Positions 24,464 to 33,795 of a stretch of 64,000 nucleotides of DNA are shown here, in pieces (positions within the stretch are counted from its first letter, which is position 1; every line of letters starts with the position of its first letter). Location: positions 10,546-74,545 of IMG/VR virus record IMGVR_UViG_3300009184_000038; one strand, 5' to 3'. The DNA is from a virus. Both the position numbers and the translations under genes were made by a program. A model generated the notes under the pieces. The model did no database searches, was not told where the DNA came from, and saw nothing but the letters and a program-made list of their open reading frames with translations.

Positions 24464-25246
24464 CTACTCGTCGCCGATGTCGGCAGCGTTCACGGTGGCC
24501 CCGGCGGGCGGCGCGCTGAACATCTGCGTCAGGGGCTTGTGGTAGACCGCTTCGGCCACCGCACCCTGATCCTCACTGATCGTGCCAACTACGCGCGGAA
24601 CGATCTGCGAGTAGGGCTGACCGCCAGCGTTCTTGATTTTCTGGAGCTTCAGCCCGATGACGCACTCGTAGAGGAACGACGGCAGCCGCTTCTTGAACGG
24701 CAGCCAGTTCGCCAGCGACCCCGGCCCGACGGTCACGAGGATCGGCCACGTCTCACCATCGCGAAGGACGGCGAGCACGCGGCTTTCCTTGACCTTCCGC
24801 GAACGGCCGCCGCCCTTGCCACTGCCCCATCCGAACTCGGGGCCGGTGGAGAGCGCCGCCCAGTCGAACTTTTTGTCGCCGATGCGATACCGTTCCAGAG
24901 CCTTGGGATCGCAATCACCGAGATCGTCGGAGACGCGGTAGCCGACGATCAGATCGTGCGTCACGATCACCGGACGCATGTCCGACGGATCATCTTTCGG
25001 CCACAGCGTGCCGCGGCGGCCCTCGGCGACGAGAAGACCGACGATCTCCTCGGTCGTCTCCACGTTGCCTTGGTTGTCAATGCTCCAGACCGTGCCACCT
25101 CCGGCCGGCGTGGGAACGCGGATCAAGTCCTGCTCCCTCATCGGCTCGCCCTCCAGGTTCGCCTGGATGATCCTGGCCTGCCGACTCGTCGGCGACAGCG
25201 CGGGGTAATCGATCACCTTCAAACTCGTCGAAATCGCTGTGCTCAT
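24464..25246 (-). CDS. Conserved replication-region protein, probable ssDNA-binding protein
   Basis: PTPAGGGTVW motif, OB-like beta-rich C-terminal half, acidic tail, gene position. Confidence 0.6.
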   Translation of the reverse strand: MSTAISTSLKVIDYPALSPTSRQARIIQANLEGEPMREQDLIRVPTPAGGGTVWSIDNQGNVETTEEIVGLLVAEGRRGTLWPKDDPSDMRPVIVTHDLIVGYRVSDDLGDCDPKALERYRIGDKKFDWAALSTGPEFGWGSGKGGGRSRKVKESRVLAVLRDGETWPILVTVGPGSLANWLPFKKRLPSFLYECVIGLKLQKIKNAGGQPYSQIVPRVVGTISEDQGAVAEAVYHKPLTQMFSAPPAGATVNAADIGDE

Positions 25247-25316
25247 GGGTTTCTCCTAGAGCGTTTATCGATCCATCAACCAGCCGCGCGGGCAACGCGC
25301 CCGCGCGGCAACTTCA

Positions 25317-25769
25317 TCAGCCGACCGTGACGTGCCGCAGCACAGGCCGGATGTACTCGCTCACGAGGCCGGCGAACGCCGTGCCGTCAGCCCAAGGCTC
25401 GCGGGCATCCTTTCCCGCGGCTTTGTGCATCTCCTTGAGCACAGACTTCAGTTGGCTCGTGTTGACGCCAATGAGCTGCTTCTCCATCCCTGCCGCCCGT
25501 GCCGCAGCCAACACCGCATCCTTGTTGTCAGCCGTGGCGGAAACGGAGTGATCCCACTCCACCCGCCAACTCCGTCCAGCGACTCGAACTCCGTCGAGCC
25601 TCCCAGCCGTCATCTCCTCGACGGCGATTTCTGCGAGCGACTCTCGCCGCTTCTTGAGTTCCTTCACGACCAGCTCGGCCACGTCGATTTCGCGGTCGAT
25701 CTGGGCGATCTTTTCAAGCGCGCTCGAGAGCGGCGTTGTGTCTTGTCCGGTAGGAATTGCAAACGACAT
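25317..25769 (-). CDS. Conserved replication-region coiled-coil protein
   Basis: Sits between the SNF2 and SSB-like genes; VNTSQLKS motif. Confidence 0.65.
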   Translation of the reverse strand: MSFAIPTGQDTTPLSSALEKIAQIDREIDVAELVVKELKKRRESLAEIAVEEMTAGRLDGVRVAGRSWRVEWDHSVSATADNKDAVLAAARAAGMEKQLIGVNTSQLKSVLKEMHKAAGKDAREPWADGTAFAGLVSEYIRPVLRHVTVG

Positions 25770-27105
25770 CGATGACTTCCTTTCTGTTAGAGAGAGCTTC
25801 ATACACGCGGCCGTCTGCCGTTGTCTTATTCTGTAGGTAAGCAACTAGGCTGAAAAACCGCGTGTTTCGTTCCTGCCCAGGCCGATGGAGGCGGGCGATT
25901 GCTTGCAGCCACTCGGAGAGCGAGTGGCCGAGACTGTAAAAGATGCCGACGGCGGCCCTGGTGAGATCAATTCCGATTCCGCCTGACTGAATCTGAGCAA
26001 CCAGTACGGCGGTCTCACCGGCCTGCCACGCGGCAAGGGAGTCCACTTTACCCGACAGCTCGCTCACGGTGCGACCCAGTTGGTTGCAAACGTGCAGGAC
26101 ACTGTCGATATCCGACCGAAACCGGCAGAAGACGACCAGCGGCTCGTTCTCGGGCATATCCTCGAGCATCTCCGCGAAGGCGGCCCGCTTCGACGGCGTC
26201 TCGTCGATCTGCCGCGCCGCGACGGTATCGTCGAGTCGCATGAAGCCGCTGGTGGCCTGGAGCATCCGCAGCAGGCCGACCATCGCGTTCGATGGCGTGA
26301 TGTAGCCGCCATCGACCTCCGCACAGAATTCACTCTCGAGCTGCGTGTAGACTTTGGCCTCCTTGGCCGTCATCTCCACGGGCACCTCAATGTGATGGAT
26401 CGGCGGGAGGTCGAGGACATCCTCGCTCTTCCGCTGGAATGTCGTCGCCGCCACGCGGGCAGCGAACTGCTCGCGGTTTCGCCAGCCGATGACCATGCCG
26501 GGGATCGCGGGATTCACCACGGCGTAGGTGGCCTTGAAGAGCGTGTAGGTCGTGCCGAACGTCGGGCACTCCGGCGATTCGACGGCCCGCCACGTTCCGT
26601 AAGCGTCGAGAGGCGACTGAGCCAGGAGCGTGCCGCTCAATCCGATCCGCTTCGCGGTCGGGTTTTTCTTGCAGAGCTTGGCCGCCCACTTACTGGCCGC
26701 GCCAGACGGCGACTTGAGCCTGTGAACCTCGTCCCACACGAGGCATTCCCAGGACAGCTTTTCAACTTCCTTGATTCGCCAGAGCGATTCGTAGTTGCCG
26801 ACAACGATCACGGGCGATGTGTCGGCCATCGCTGCCATCAGCATTCGGCCTTTGTCGGCCGAGGTGCCGCGGTCAAGCAGGAGCACGCGAATCTCAGGCA
26901 TCCACATTCCCGCCTGCTTCGCCCAGGCGGGAATCACCGCCTTCGGGCAACCGACCAGAATGCGGCGAATGCTGCCAGCGAGCATCATCCGCTTGATTAT
27001 TTCCAGCGTGGTGCGGGTTTTGCCCGCCCCCATGCCGATCCACAACAGAACGTCGCGGCGGCCGTCGGCCCAGTCGATCGCTTCCTGCTGATGTACCCAG
27101 AGCAT
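25714..27105 (-). CDS. SNF2-family SF2 helicase
   Basis: GMGAGKT, DEVH, LSGT, SGGIGIDL, QAIARLHRPGQ. Confidence 0.93.
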   Translation of the reverse strand: MLWVHQQEAIDWADGRRDVLLWIGMGAGKTRTTLEIIKRMMLAGSIRRILVGCPKAVIPAWAKQAGMWMPEIRVLLLDRGTSADKGRMLMAAMADTSPVIVVGNYESLWRIKEVEKLSWECLVWDEVHRLKSPSGAASKWAAKLCKKNPTAKRIGLSGTLLAQSPLDAYGTWRAVESPECPTFGTTYTLFKATYAVVNPAIPGMVIGWRNREQFAARVAATTFQRKSEDVLDLPPIHHIEVPVEMTAKEAKVYTQLESEFCAEVDGGYITPSNAMVGLLRMLQATSGFMRLDDTVAARQIDETPSKRAAFAEMLEDMPENEPLVVFCRFRSDIDSVLHVCNQLGRTVSELSGKVDSLAAWQAGETAVLVAQIQSGGIGIDLTRAAVGIFYSLGHSLSEWLQAIARLHRPGQERNTRFFSLVAYLQNKTTADGRVYEALSNRKEVIDVVCNSYRTRHNAALERA

Positions 27106-27158
27106 CCTGCTGCACTCCTTTGCGTGGGCAGGATAATAGGCTACTAGTCAACGATCAG

Positions 27159-27707
27159 TCAAGCGAGGTTTCGATGCCGCCCTTTTTTCCTGCCTGCCTC
27201 TTGGAGACGGCGGGCCAGGGAAGCGTTGGCTTCGCAGGAGGCTCGCGAGAAAATCCAGCATCGGCTGCGGTTGTTCCTCGTGTTGACGAGGATTCTGGCG
27301 ACGAGATCGCCTTGCTGTGCTAGTCGAGTCGGAAACGTCCAATGGACGCCCATGATCTCGGCAGCCTCGCCTGTGCTGATAGCGTCACCAAACGCAATCT
27401 GATTTTTCACCGCCGCGAGGAGCTTGAGCATCGGCGGCCGGAGGTCGATACCCGCTCGAGGCCGCTTGCCGCTGCCACCCTGCTTGAGTTTCTCGGCGTA
27501 GTCTTCCCAATCCTTCTCGCACTCAGCGAGCGAGTACACCGTGAAGACTCGCTCTGGGTCGCTAACGACCGGGGATGCCAGGGTGCGAGTGGTCAGGAGC
27601 CCCTTCTCGGCCATTCGGTGCGGCGTCGTCCAGTGGACGCCTAAAACACACGCCGCCTCCCAGCTTCCGAGTGCCTGATCGATCTGCTTTGCTTTTGCCT
27701 TTGCCAT
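27159..27707 (-). CDS. Tandem two-domain winged-HTH (excisionase-like) protein
   Basis: Two copies of A..EAA..LGVHWT.P.R.A..G.L; AGGAG RBS before ATG 27707. Confidence 0.75.
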   Translation of the reverse strand: MAKAKAKQIDQALGSWEAACVLGVHWTTPHRMAEKGLLTTRTLASPVVSDPERVFTVYSLAECEKDWEDYAEKLKQGGSGKRPRAGIDLRPPMLKLLAAVKNQIAFGDAISTGEAAEIMGVHWTFPTRLAQQGDLVARILVNTRNNRSRCWIFSRASCEANASLARRLQEAGRKKGRHRNLA

Positions 27708-27900
27708 CTCTCGGTCTCCTGGCGGGCAAGCCGCCAGAGAAGCATATTCCTCGGGATCGCCCAGAAGGACGATTTTGCCCAAACGCCACGGCTCCCCACT
27801 TGACGCGAAGTGGAGGATAGGGGATTTTAAGTGGGAACGCCACCCCCGGCGGTCAACGGCCAGCAATACGCAGTCCGTCCGAAAAACATGGAGGTTGCCG

Positions 27901-28104
27901 ATGCGGAGGTTCAAGGTGATATGCGAGTGGACGGGAGACGTGAGCATGGATGCTGACGAATTGATCGTTTCTGCCGACAGCAAAGAGTCTGCCATCAAGA
28001 AAGCGAAAAAGAAATGGAGGTTAAACATCGGCGCGAAATGGCCCGACGCGCGTCTGGGGAAAGTTTTTATCTTCACGCCGGCAAGGCAGGCAAAGTCGAC
28101 ATAG
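27901..28104 (+). CDS. Small hypothetical protein upstream of the integrase
   Basis: GGAGG RBS; 67 aa. Confidence 0.55.
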   Translation: MRRFKVICEWTGDVSMDADELIVSADSKESAIKKAKKKWRLNIGAKWPDARLGKVFIFTPARQAKST

Positions 28105-28201
28105 GCCGAACCCACTCGTCCACCGCGCCCCACCAAGGGGGGGCGCGCCCACCTAGACTTCAAGCATCGGCGTGGTACTCCTTTTGACGGAGAGTCACCC
28201 C

Positions 28202-29056
28202 ATGCGATTGCTTCAAGTGCTTCACGATTTCTACGCGCCGCTGACGGGAGTCAGCGACCGCACGATCACCCTCTACAGCTACACGCTTCGTGCGTGGGGG
28301 GAGGTTCTCGGGCGACCGCCTGAGACCACAGATTTAGAAGAGCTGTCGGTCGCGCGGTTCTTGGCTCACCGTGTTCGCACGATGTCGGCCGCGACGGCCG
28401 CGAAGGATAAGGCCCAGGTCACCGCCATCTGGGGGTTCTGCTCGAGGCGTAAAATGTGCGAGACGTGGCCTCAGACTCCCAGGATCATCGTGCCCGAGCG
28501 GGTGCCGGAGTGCTGGATGACGGACGAGCTTCAGCGAGTGATCGACTCCGCGAGGCAGGAGCCGTACAGCTACTGCGGCTTCTCTGGCTCGCTGGTGTTC
28601 CCCGCGATGCTCCTGACCGCTTACTCGACGGGGGAACGCATCGGCGCGATCATGGGCCTCAAGTGCCGCGACGTTCGCGGTTGCAGCGTTATCTTCAGAG
28701 CGGAGGATCGCAAGGGGCGTCGGCGGGACATTTTCCGCGACATTAGCGTAGCCTGCGCCGATGCGCTCCTGGCTGTTGCCCGCGGGCCAGAGGATACCGC
28801 CATCCCGTGGGATCGGCACCCAACCTACGTCTACAACCGGCTGAAGATCATCCTCAAACGAGCCGGCCTGCCGCACGGCCGCAAGGACAAGTTCCACAAG
28901 GTCAGGAAGACGACCGCCTCCTACTACGAGGCGGCCGGCGGCTCTGCCCAGCGTCTGCTTGATCACTCGAGCCCAGCGGTCACGAGGAAATACCTAGACC
29001 CCAGGATCGTCAGCCCAGGCGTGCCTGCCCCGAGCGTGCTTCCCAAGGTGGTCTAG
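28202..29056 (+). CDS. int: Tyrosine recombinase/integrase
   Basis: TGER (R), HKVRKT (HxxR), LLDHSS (H), RKY (Y). Confidence 0.92.
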   Translation: MRLLQVLHDFYAPLTGVSDRTITLYSYTLRAWGEVLGRPPETTDLEELSVARFLAHRVRTMSAATAAKDKAQVTAIWGFCSRRKMCETWPQTPRIIVPERVPECWMTDELQRVIDSARQEPYSYCGFSGSLVFPAMLLTAYSTGERIGAIMGLKCRDVRGCSVIFRAEDRKGRRRDIFRDISVACADALLAVARGPEDTAIPWDRHPTYVYNRLKIILKRAGLPHGRKDKFHKVRKTTASYYEAAGGSAQRLLDHSSPAVTRKYLDPRIVSPGVPAPSVLPKVV

Positions 29057-29165
29057 GAATCGGAGTTCCACTCATCAGACATATCTCCGATGGTCTCGGC
29101 AGCGAACATGAGAGCCTGTGCGACTACGGCTATGGCAATTGCTATGGCTGCTAATAGCTTCGATA

Positions 29166-29438
29166 TCAAGTTTGAACCCATGTCGCAGTCTTCTCGTCCA
29201 GCGTCCATCCTTCGCCGGGGCAGGGCGGCACGAACACGTCAAGCGGCTCGTAGTAGCGGTAGCCGATTGCGGCGTAAACGCCGCGAATGTTTCCGTTGTA
29301 GCTAGTCCGAAGGCACCTCTGCCCACGAACGGCTGCGTAGTGGGACTCCCAGTCGACGCCCTCGTTTTCGTCCCGCCCGACGATCACTTCTGTGACTGTG
29401 TTCGTGCCATCATTCGAGAGGAATGCGTAGTGTGCCAT
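29166..29438 (-). CDS. Conserved tail-region protein
   Basis: MAHYA..VTEVIVG..RTSYN..R..YA.IGY.Y...DVF.PP.P, recurrent downstream of Gly-rich genes. Confidence 0.75.
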   Translation of the reverse strand: MAHYAFLSNDGTNTVTEVIVGRDENEGVDWESHYAAVRGQRCLRTSYNGNIRGVYAAIGYRYYEPLDVFVPPCPGEGWTLDEKTATWVQT

Positions 29439-29439
29439 T

Positions 29440-30291
29440 TTAGTTGAACGTCACAGTGTCGGTGCCAGCCGTGATAGTGAGAGTAGTCAGATTCCCCGTG
29501 GTAGACGAGGACGTGGTGAGTCCAGCCCCGACTGTCACTCGCAGCCGAGCGTCGTACTGCACAACGACGACGCCGCTGCCGCCGTTGCCCGCAGCGTTAT
29601 TGCTAGCACTGCCGCCGCCGCCACCGCCGGTATTTGCGCTACCGGCAACGCCGACGTTTCCAACTGTGGAGTTGCCGCCGCGACCGCCGCCACCAGCACC
29701 GCCAGACGCTAGGTTGCTGGTGTTGTTACTGCCGCCGCCGCCACCACCGCCGTATTGCAATCCAGTAATTGCCGAGGTGACACCAGCACCACCAGCACCA
29801 CCGACGGCCCCAGCAGCGTTTGCGCCGTTGGCAGATGCACCACCACCGCCGCCGTGACCGCTACTGGCTGTCCCAGCCCCTCCATTGCCGCCGCCGCCAA
29901 TGCCGATGCCAATAGCTGAAGTGCTTTGTGCGCCACCGCCGCTCGCGCCGGTCATGCCGATCCCCATAAGGCTGTTGGCAGTCGTCGCGCCGCGTGTGCC
30001 GCCTGCCCCGCCGCCGCTGCTGAGTATCGCGTCAAATCGCGAGGACGAACCACCGCCTGCGCGAGTGTCCACGGCGGTCGTTCCTGCTCCACCCGCGCCA
30101 ACTCGCACCGACAGTGGCGTCCCTAGCGTAATCTGCACGGCCTGCTCAATGACGTTGCCAGCACCGCCACCGCCGCCCTGATGTCCGCCACCACCACCGC
30201 CGCCAACAACGAGAACTCGCGCAATCACGCTAACGCCAGAGCGCAGCCGCGAGGCACTCACCAGCGACGATGATGCGGCAGCGATTGTCAT
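29440..30291 (-). CDS. Glycine-rich tail/fibre protein
   Basis: VVGGGGGGG...GGSGVVVV glycine-rich domain. Confidence 0.8.
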   Translation of the reverse strand: MTIAAASSSLVSASRLRSGVSVIARVLVVGGGGGGGHQGGGGGAGNVIEQAVQITLGTPLSVRVGAGGAGTTAVDTRAGGGSSSRFDAILSSGGGAGGTRGATTANSLMGIGMTGASGGGAQSTSAIGIGIGGGGNGGAGTASSGHGGGGGASANGANAAGAVGGAGGAGVTSAITGLQYGGGGGGGSNNTSNLASGGAGGGGRGGNSTVGNVGVAGSANTGGGGGGSASNNAAGNGGSGVVVVQYDARLRVTVGAGLTTSSSTTGNLTTLTITAGTDTVTFN

Positions 30292-30617
30292 GTAATCTCG
30301 ACCCCAAACGCCGAGAACGCCACGTTCGCCGACGCAGCGTAGACCGAGACTACATCCGTCGCAGCCAGCGTTATGCCGAGCGTGAGGGTTGCCGTGTCAT
30401 TCGCAGGAAGTGCAGCGTCATAGGCGAGGTACTGCGAGGTCGCGATCGATGCACCGGCCGGTCGCACGGCGATCCGGTATGTCGTCGCGCTGCTCGCTGT
30501 GTTGCAAACCGTGATGGTCGAGCAGATAGCCTGCGTGGATGATGGCACCGTGTAGAGGGTCGATAGCGTCGTCGCGGAAGGATTTGATTGCCCAAGAACT
30601 TTATGCGTCTGCGGCAT
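30288..30617 (-). CDS. Conserved virion-associated protein
   Basis: KVLGQSNPSATT..TLYTVP...AFGVEI motif. Confidence 0.75.
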   Translation of the reverse strand: MPQTHKVLGQSNPSATTLSTLYTVPSSTQAICSTITVCNTASSATTYRIAVRPAGASIATSQYLAYDAALPANDTATLTLGITLAATDVVSVYAASANVAFSAFGVEIT

Positions 30618-30618
30618 C

Positions 30619-31128
30619 TCAGCCTCCCATCAGCAGAAAAGGATGTATCGGAACGAAGTCGAGCCGTGCCTGCGAGAGCGTGCCAATTGCGAGATCGGAG
30701 GCTGAGATCGCCACAGTCCCAGTGCGGCCCGCCACGCTGACGACATTCGCAGAGACAGTGCCGCTAATCACAGACAGACCCGCCCCAACCACCACGCCGC
30801 CCAAAGACGAGGTGGTGGCATCTGGCAGCGTGTAGCTTGACGATCCGCCGCCCCCGCCGGAAACGCCGACTTCAACGTAGACGCCGTCTGTGAATTGATG
30901 GAGCCTAGACGTGTTGGAGGCGAGGTACAACACATTCGGCAGACCGACTGCGGGAAACGAACTCGTGGTTGCGTAGCTGGCAATTGACGAGAACGTCGTC
31001 ACCACCCCAGCCGCAGAGCGGAAGAACAACCGACCGTCCGCTTGGTTCACGGCGAGAACGCCATTTCCCAGCGATGCCGGAGTATTTCCGGACGTGTTGC
31101 TGTAGAGGTTGCGAACTGTGTTTGCCAC
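30619..31128 (-). CDS. Tail fibre adaptor-like protein
   Basis: G.LAVN.AD.RLF N-terminal motif, YTLP.AT...LGGV, SVAGRTG.V, IHPFLLMG. Confidence 0.7.
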   Translation of the reverse strand: MANTVRNLYSNTSGNTPASLGNGVLAVNQADGRLFFRSAAGVVTTFSSIASYATTSSFPAVGLPNVLYLASNTSRLHQFTDGVYVEVGVSGGGGGSSSYTLPDATTSSLGGVVVGAGLSVISGTVSANVVSVAGRTGTVAISASDLAIGTLSQARLDFVPIHPFLLMGG

Positions 31129-31130
31129 TG

Positions 31131-31838
31131 TCAGAAGCTTCCTGAATCGATAACAAGATTGTCGATGGAGCCGCCAGTGATGTTCACGTTGCTCGAACTC
31201 TGCTGGCTCATCGAGCCGAGGCCGAGGTTTGTGCGAGCCGTGGCCGCATCGGTCAAGTCGCTGAGGTTCGAGGCCTTGGCAAGCTTGCCGCCGATGGTTG
31301 TCGAGATCGTCGTGGAGAAGCTGGCATCCGAGTTCAAAGCGGAGGCCAGTTCTGCCAGTGTGTTTAACGCTTCTGGTGCCCCATTCACCAGCGATGACAC
31401 AGCCGCCGACACGAAAGCCGTCGTGGCGATCTTGGTCGAGTTGTCTCCGGCCGCTGGAGTCACAGAGGCAGGCATTCCCGTGAACGTCGGAGACGCCAGC
31501 GGCGCATAGGTGCTGCTCGCAGAAGACTGCGTGAGATAGGTGCTGCTCGCAGAAGAGATCGTCAGGTAAGTCGTCGCGGCGTTTGCCGTGGTCAAGTAGT
31601 TGGCGAGTTGCGAAGACACGTCAACGGCCGCGACAGCCGAGGTGACATAGCTCTTGGTTGCGAACACCCCGTCGCCGCCGATGGCGATCACGCTTGTGGC
31701 GTTGCCGTCCTGCCCTAGACCCTTGCCATACCAAACCACACCATCGACCTCATTCACGGCGACTTCGCCGTTGAGAAGAGTTGCTGGTGCGCCAGCGTTG
31801 CCCGATACTCTACGCTTCAGCCTAAGACGATTTGCCAT
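31131..31838 (-). CDS. Tail fibre protein
   Basis: APLASPTFTG, NSTKIATTAFV, APEALNTLAELA, ARTNLGLG repeats. Confidence 0.85.
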   Translation of the reverse strand: MANRLRLKRRVSGNAGAPATLLNGEVAVNEVDGVVWYGKGLGQDGNATSVIAIGGDGVFATKSYVTSAVAAVDVSSQLANYLTTANAATTYLTISSASSTYLTQSSASSTYAPLASPTFTGMPASVTPAAGDNSTKIATTAFVSAAVSSLVNGAPEALNTLAELASALNSDASFSTTISTTIGGKLAKASNLSDLTDAATARTNLGLGSMSQQSSSNVNITGGSIDNLVIDSGSF

Positions 31839-31847
31839 GATTGACTC

Positions 31848-32135
31848 CTAAAAGTTTTGTCCATCCAAAATCAGATCGCCTTCTGGCTTGTTGCGCCACT
31901 TGCCGTTCGAGTAACGAATCAAGTCTCCTTCCGCGACGTTGTTCAACTGCACGTCACTCGCCGCAGACAGGGCATTGCCGGGAGGGCCAATAACACCCTG
32001 CGGCCCCTGCGGCCCGATGCCGCCTCCGGCCGTTGCCTCGACGACCGACGAGCCGACGCTCGCGGAGATGACGCCGCTGCCACTGACGGTCGCCGTAATC
32101 GGCTGCGACGAAACACTCGCTGTGATGCTGCTCAT
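31848..32135 (-). CDS. Short collagen-motif tail protein
   Basis: GPQGPQG; LSAASDV...GDLIRY..GKW.N. Confidence 0.7.
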   Translation of the reverse strand: MSSITASVSSQPITATVSGSGVISASVGSSVVEATAGGGIGPQGPQGVIGPPGNALSAASDVQLNNVAEGDLIRYSNGKWRNKPEGDLILDGQNF

Positions 32136-32455
32136 GCGTAGACCTCCACAGTGCCGCTCAAAGCCGTTCGCTGCACGCTGCCGGGAGCCGTCCAGTCAAG
32201 CTGCCATCCGTATGTGCCAGCCGCGAGCGAGGCGGTCTGCGTGTCGGTGAGACTCACAGAGACTTGCCCTGCGGCAGCGTCAGCCAAGGTCGTCGTGAAG
32301 GGCATCACGGTCGCTCCTGTGACGAGACTCGTCACGGCGGCTGAGACTGAGTAGGAAGCCAGCGAGACGTTGAAGTCGATGAGCGTCGAGAAGTCTCCTG
32401 ACTTCTTGAACGCCAGATTCATTGTGCCCGGTAGCAGGCTGAATGTGTTGCTCAT
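32132..32455 (-). CDS. BppU-like adaptor protein (paralog of 44395-44760)
   Basis: F.LLPG.MNL, G.V.VSLT..QT..L..GTY.W.L. Confidence 0.65.
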   Translation of the reverse strand: MSNTFSLLPGTMNLAFKKSGDFSTLIDFNVSLASYSVSAAVTSLVTGATVMPFTTTLADAAAGQVSVSLTDTQTASLAAGTYGWQLDWTAPGSVQRTALSGTVEVYA

Positions 32456-32616
32456 TGTGCTGCCTCTTCGATTGCCTCGATATCACGCCGCCGATCAGTC
32501 GCCATCCGAACCACCGCTTGAGCCTCTGCGAGGGCTCGTGGCAATACGCTCGCCGCCCGCCAGAGACAGTAGCTGCCGATGGTTGAGCAGATGAAGAGTT
32601 CGAGGATGTTGCGCAT
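32452..32616 (-). CDS. 54-aa small membrane protein (not in the ORF track)
   Basis: MRNILELFICSTIGSYCLW...; ATGA-coupled. Confidence 0.45.
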   Translation of the reverse strand: MRNILELFICSTIGSYCLWRAASVLPRALAEAQAVVRMATDRRRDIEAIEEAAQ

Positions 32617-32619
32617 GGT

Positions 32620-33795
32620 CTATGAAATCCAGAGCCGGAACTTTCCTTTTGAATTAGTACTGGAAGCAGTCCAATCCGCTGTTGAACTGTACGAAGTGCC
32701 TGTCGTTGAACTCAATTTGATGACATCTCCAGCGGTAACACTTATAGTCCTGCGCGCTCCGTGTGTGCCGAAAAATGTCTGACTGCCCACAAATGCTGTA
32801 GATAGAGTGCCGTTTCGCACATACCTCACCATGTCAGGGATTTCCGAGCCGTCATTCTCTCTGCCGCCGAACTCAACTGTAAGAGTGCCAGAAACCCCGC
32901 AAGTAAACTGCCAAACACGGTAAGTATTTGCGCCGTATCCCCAACCCCAATCAATTCCGTTTGGGGCAGCCGCGTCACTGGTTTGAAGCGGGCTTGCTGC
33001 TGTTCCGCTGCCGCTCCATGAGTACGCTGTCCCGACATCAGCGGTGCCGCTAGAGGGACTGACTGTAAGGCTCGCCGCACTCGGCGTGACGCTGCTGCTC
33101 GCCGCCGTGAAGGTGCCAGTACCCGCCGCACTCACGCCCGCAACTCGCACGGTATACGCCGTGCCGTTAGTTAAACCCGTCAGCGTGTAGCTAGTGCCGG
33201 TGCTGCCGGTAGACACAGTCTGGGCAGAGCCGCCCGATGGCGTGTATTCGACGGTGTATCCAGTGATTGCAGAGGTGCCGGGCGCAGACGGTGCCGTCCA
33301 AGACAAAGCGATCTGCGCGTTGCCTGCGGTGGCCGCGAGAGATGTGGGTGCATTGGGTGGAGTTCCAGCGCTAGGCGTGACGCTGCTACTCGCCGCCGTA
33401 TAAGCACCCGTGCCTACGCCGTTGACCGCCGCCACGCGGAATCGATACGCAGTGCCGTTCGTCAGCCCCGTGACGGTCGCGCTCGTCGCGGTCGATGCAG
33501 CCGCCGAGAACGTCGTCCACGTTGCACCGTTGTCGCTACTAAACTGCTCACGGTAGTCGGTGATCGGTGCTTGCGCGATCACGCCAGTGGGTGCAGTCCA
33601 AGACAGTAAAGCCTGCGCGTTGCCGCCGGTCGCCGTGAGGCCGGTCGGTGCAGGGGGCAAGAACAAATCCCACCGGGAGTCTGCGGCTCCGGCCGATGCG
33701 ACGAGTTCCCACGCTGATCCTGTCCACGACCACGTCCTTCCGTTGGCCGCGTATGTCTGTCCGACTGTCGGAGATGCTGGTGGAGAGAGCGGCAT
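32620..33795 (-). CDS. Fibronectin type III (x2) tail-associated protein
   Basis: PTGLTAT.GN....LSWTAP...GLTNGTAY.FRVAA repeats. Confidence 0.88.
   Translation of the reverse strand: MPLSPPASPTVGQTYAANGRTWSWTGSAWELVASAGAADSRWDLFLPPAPTGLTATGGNAQALLSWTAPTGVIAQAPITDYREQFSSDNGATWTTFSAAASTATSATVTGLTNGTAYRFRVAAVNGVGTGAYTAASSSVTPSAGTPPNAPTSLAATAGNAQIALSWTAPSAPGTSAITGYTVEYTPSGGSAQTVSTGSTGTSYTLTGLTNGTAYTVRVAGVSAAGTGTFTAASSSVTPSAASLTVSPSSGTADVGTAYSWSGSGTAASPLQTSDAAAPNGIDWGWGYGANTYRVWQFTCGVSGTLTVEFGGRENDGSEIPDMVRYVRNGTLSTAFVGSQTFFGTHGARRTISVTAGDVIKLSSTTGTSYSSTADWTASSTNSKGKFRLWIS

Noticed and set aside
24266-27147. Long plus-strand ORFs (24266-25330, 26080-27147; likewise 57828, 61426, 62676)
   Set aside because: Antisense shadows of well-supported minus-strand genes, expected at high GC; no motifs
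27708-28163. N-terminal 150 aa of ORF 27159-28163
   Set aside because: It overlaps a better plus-strand gene and the divergent intergenic region; the RBS supports a start at 27707
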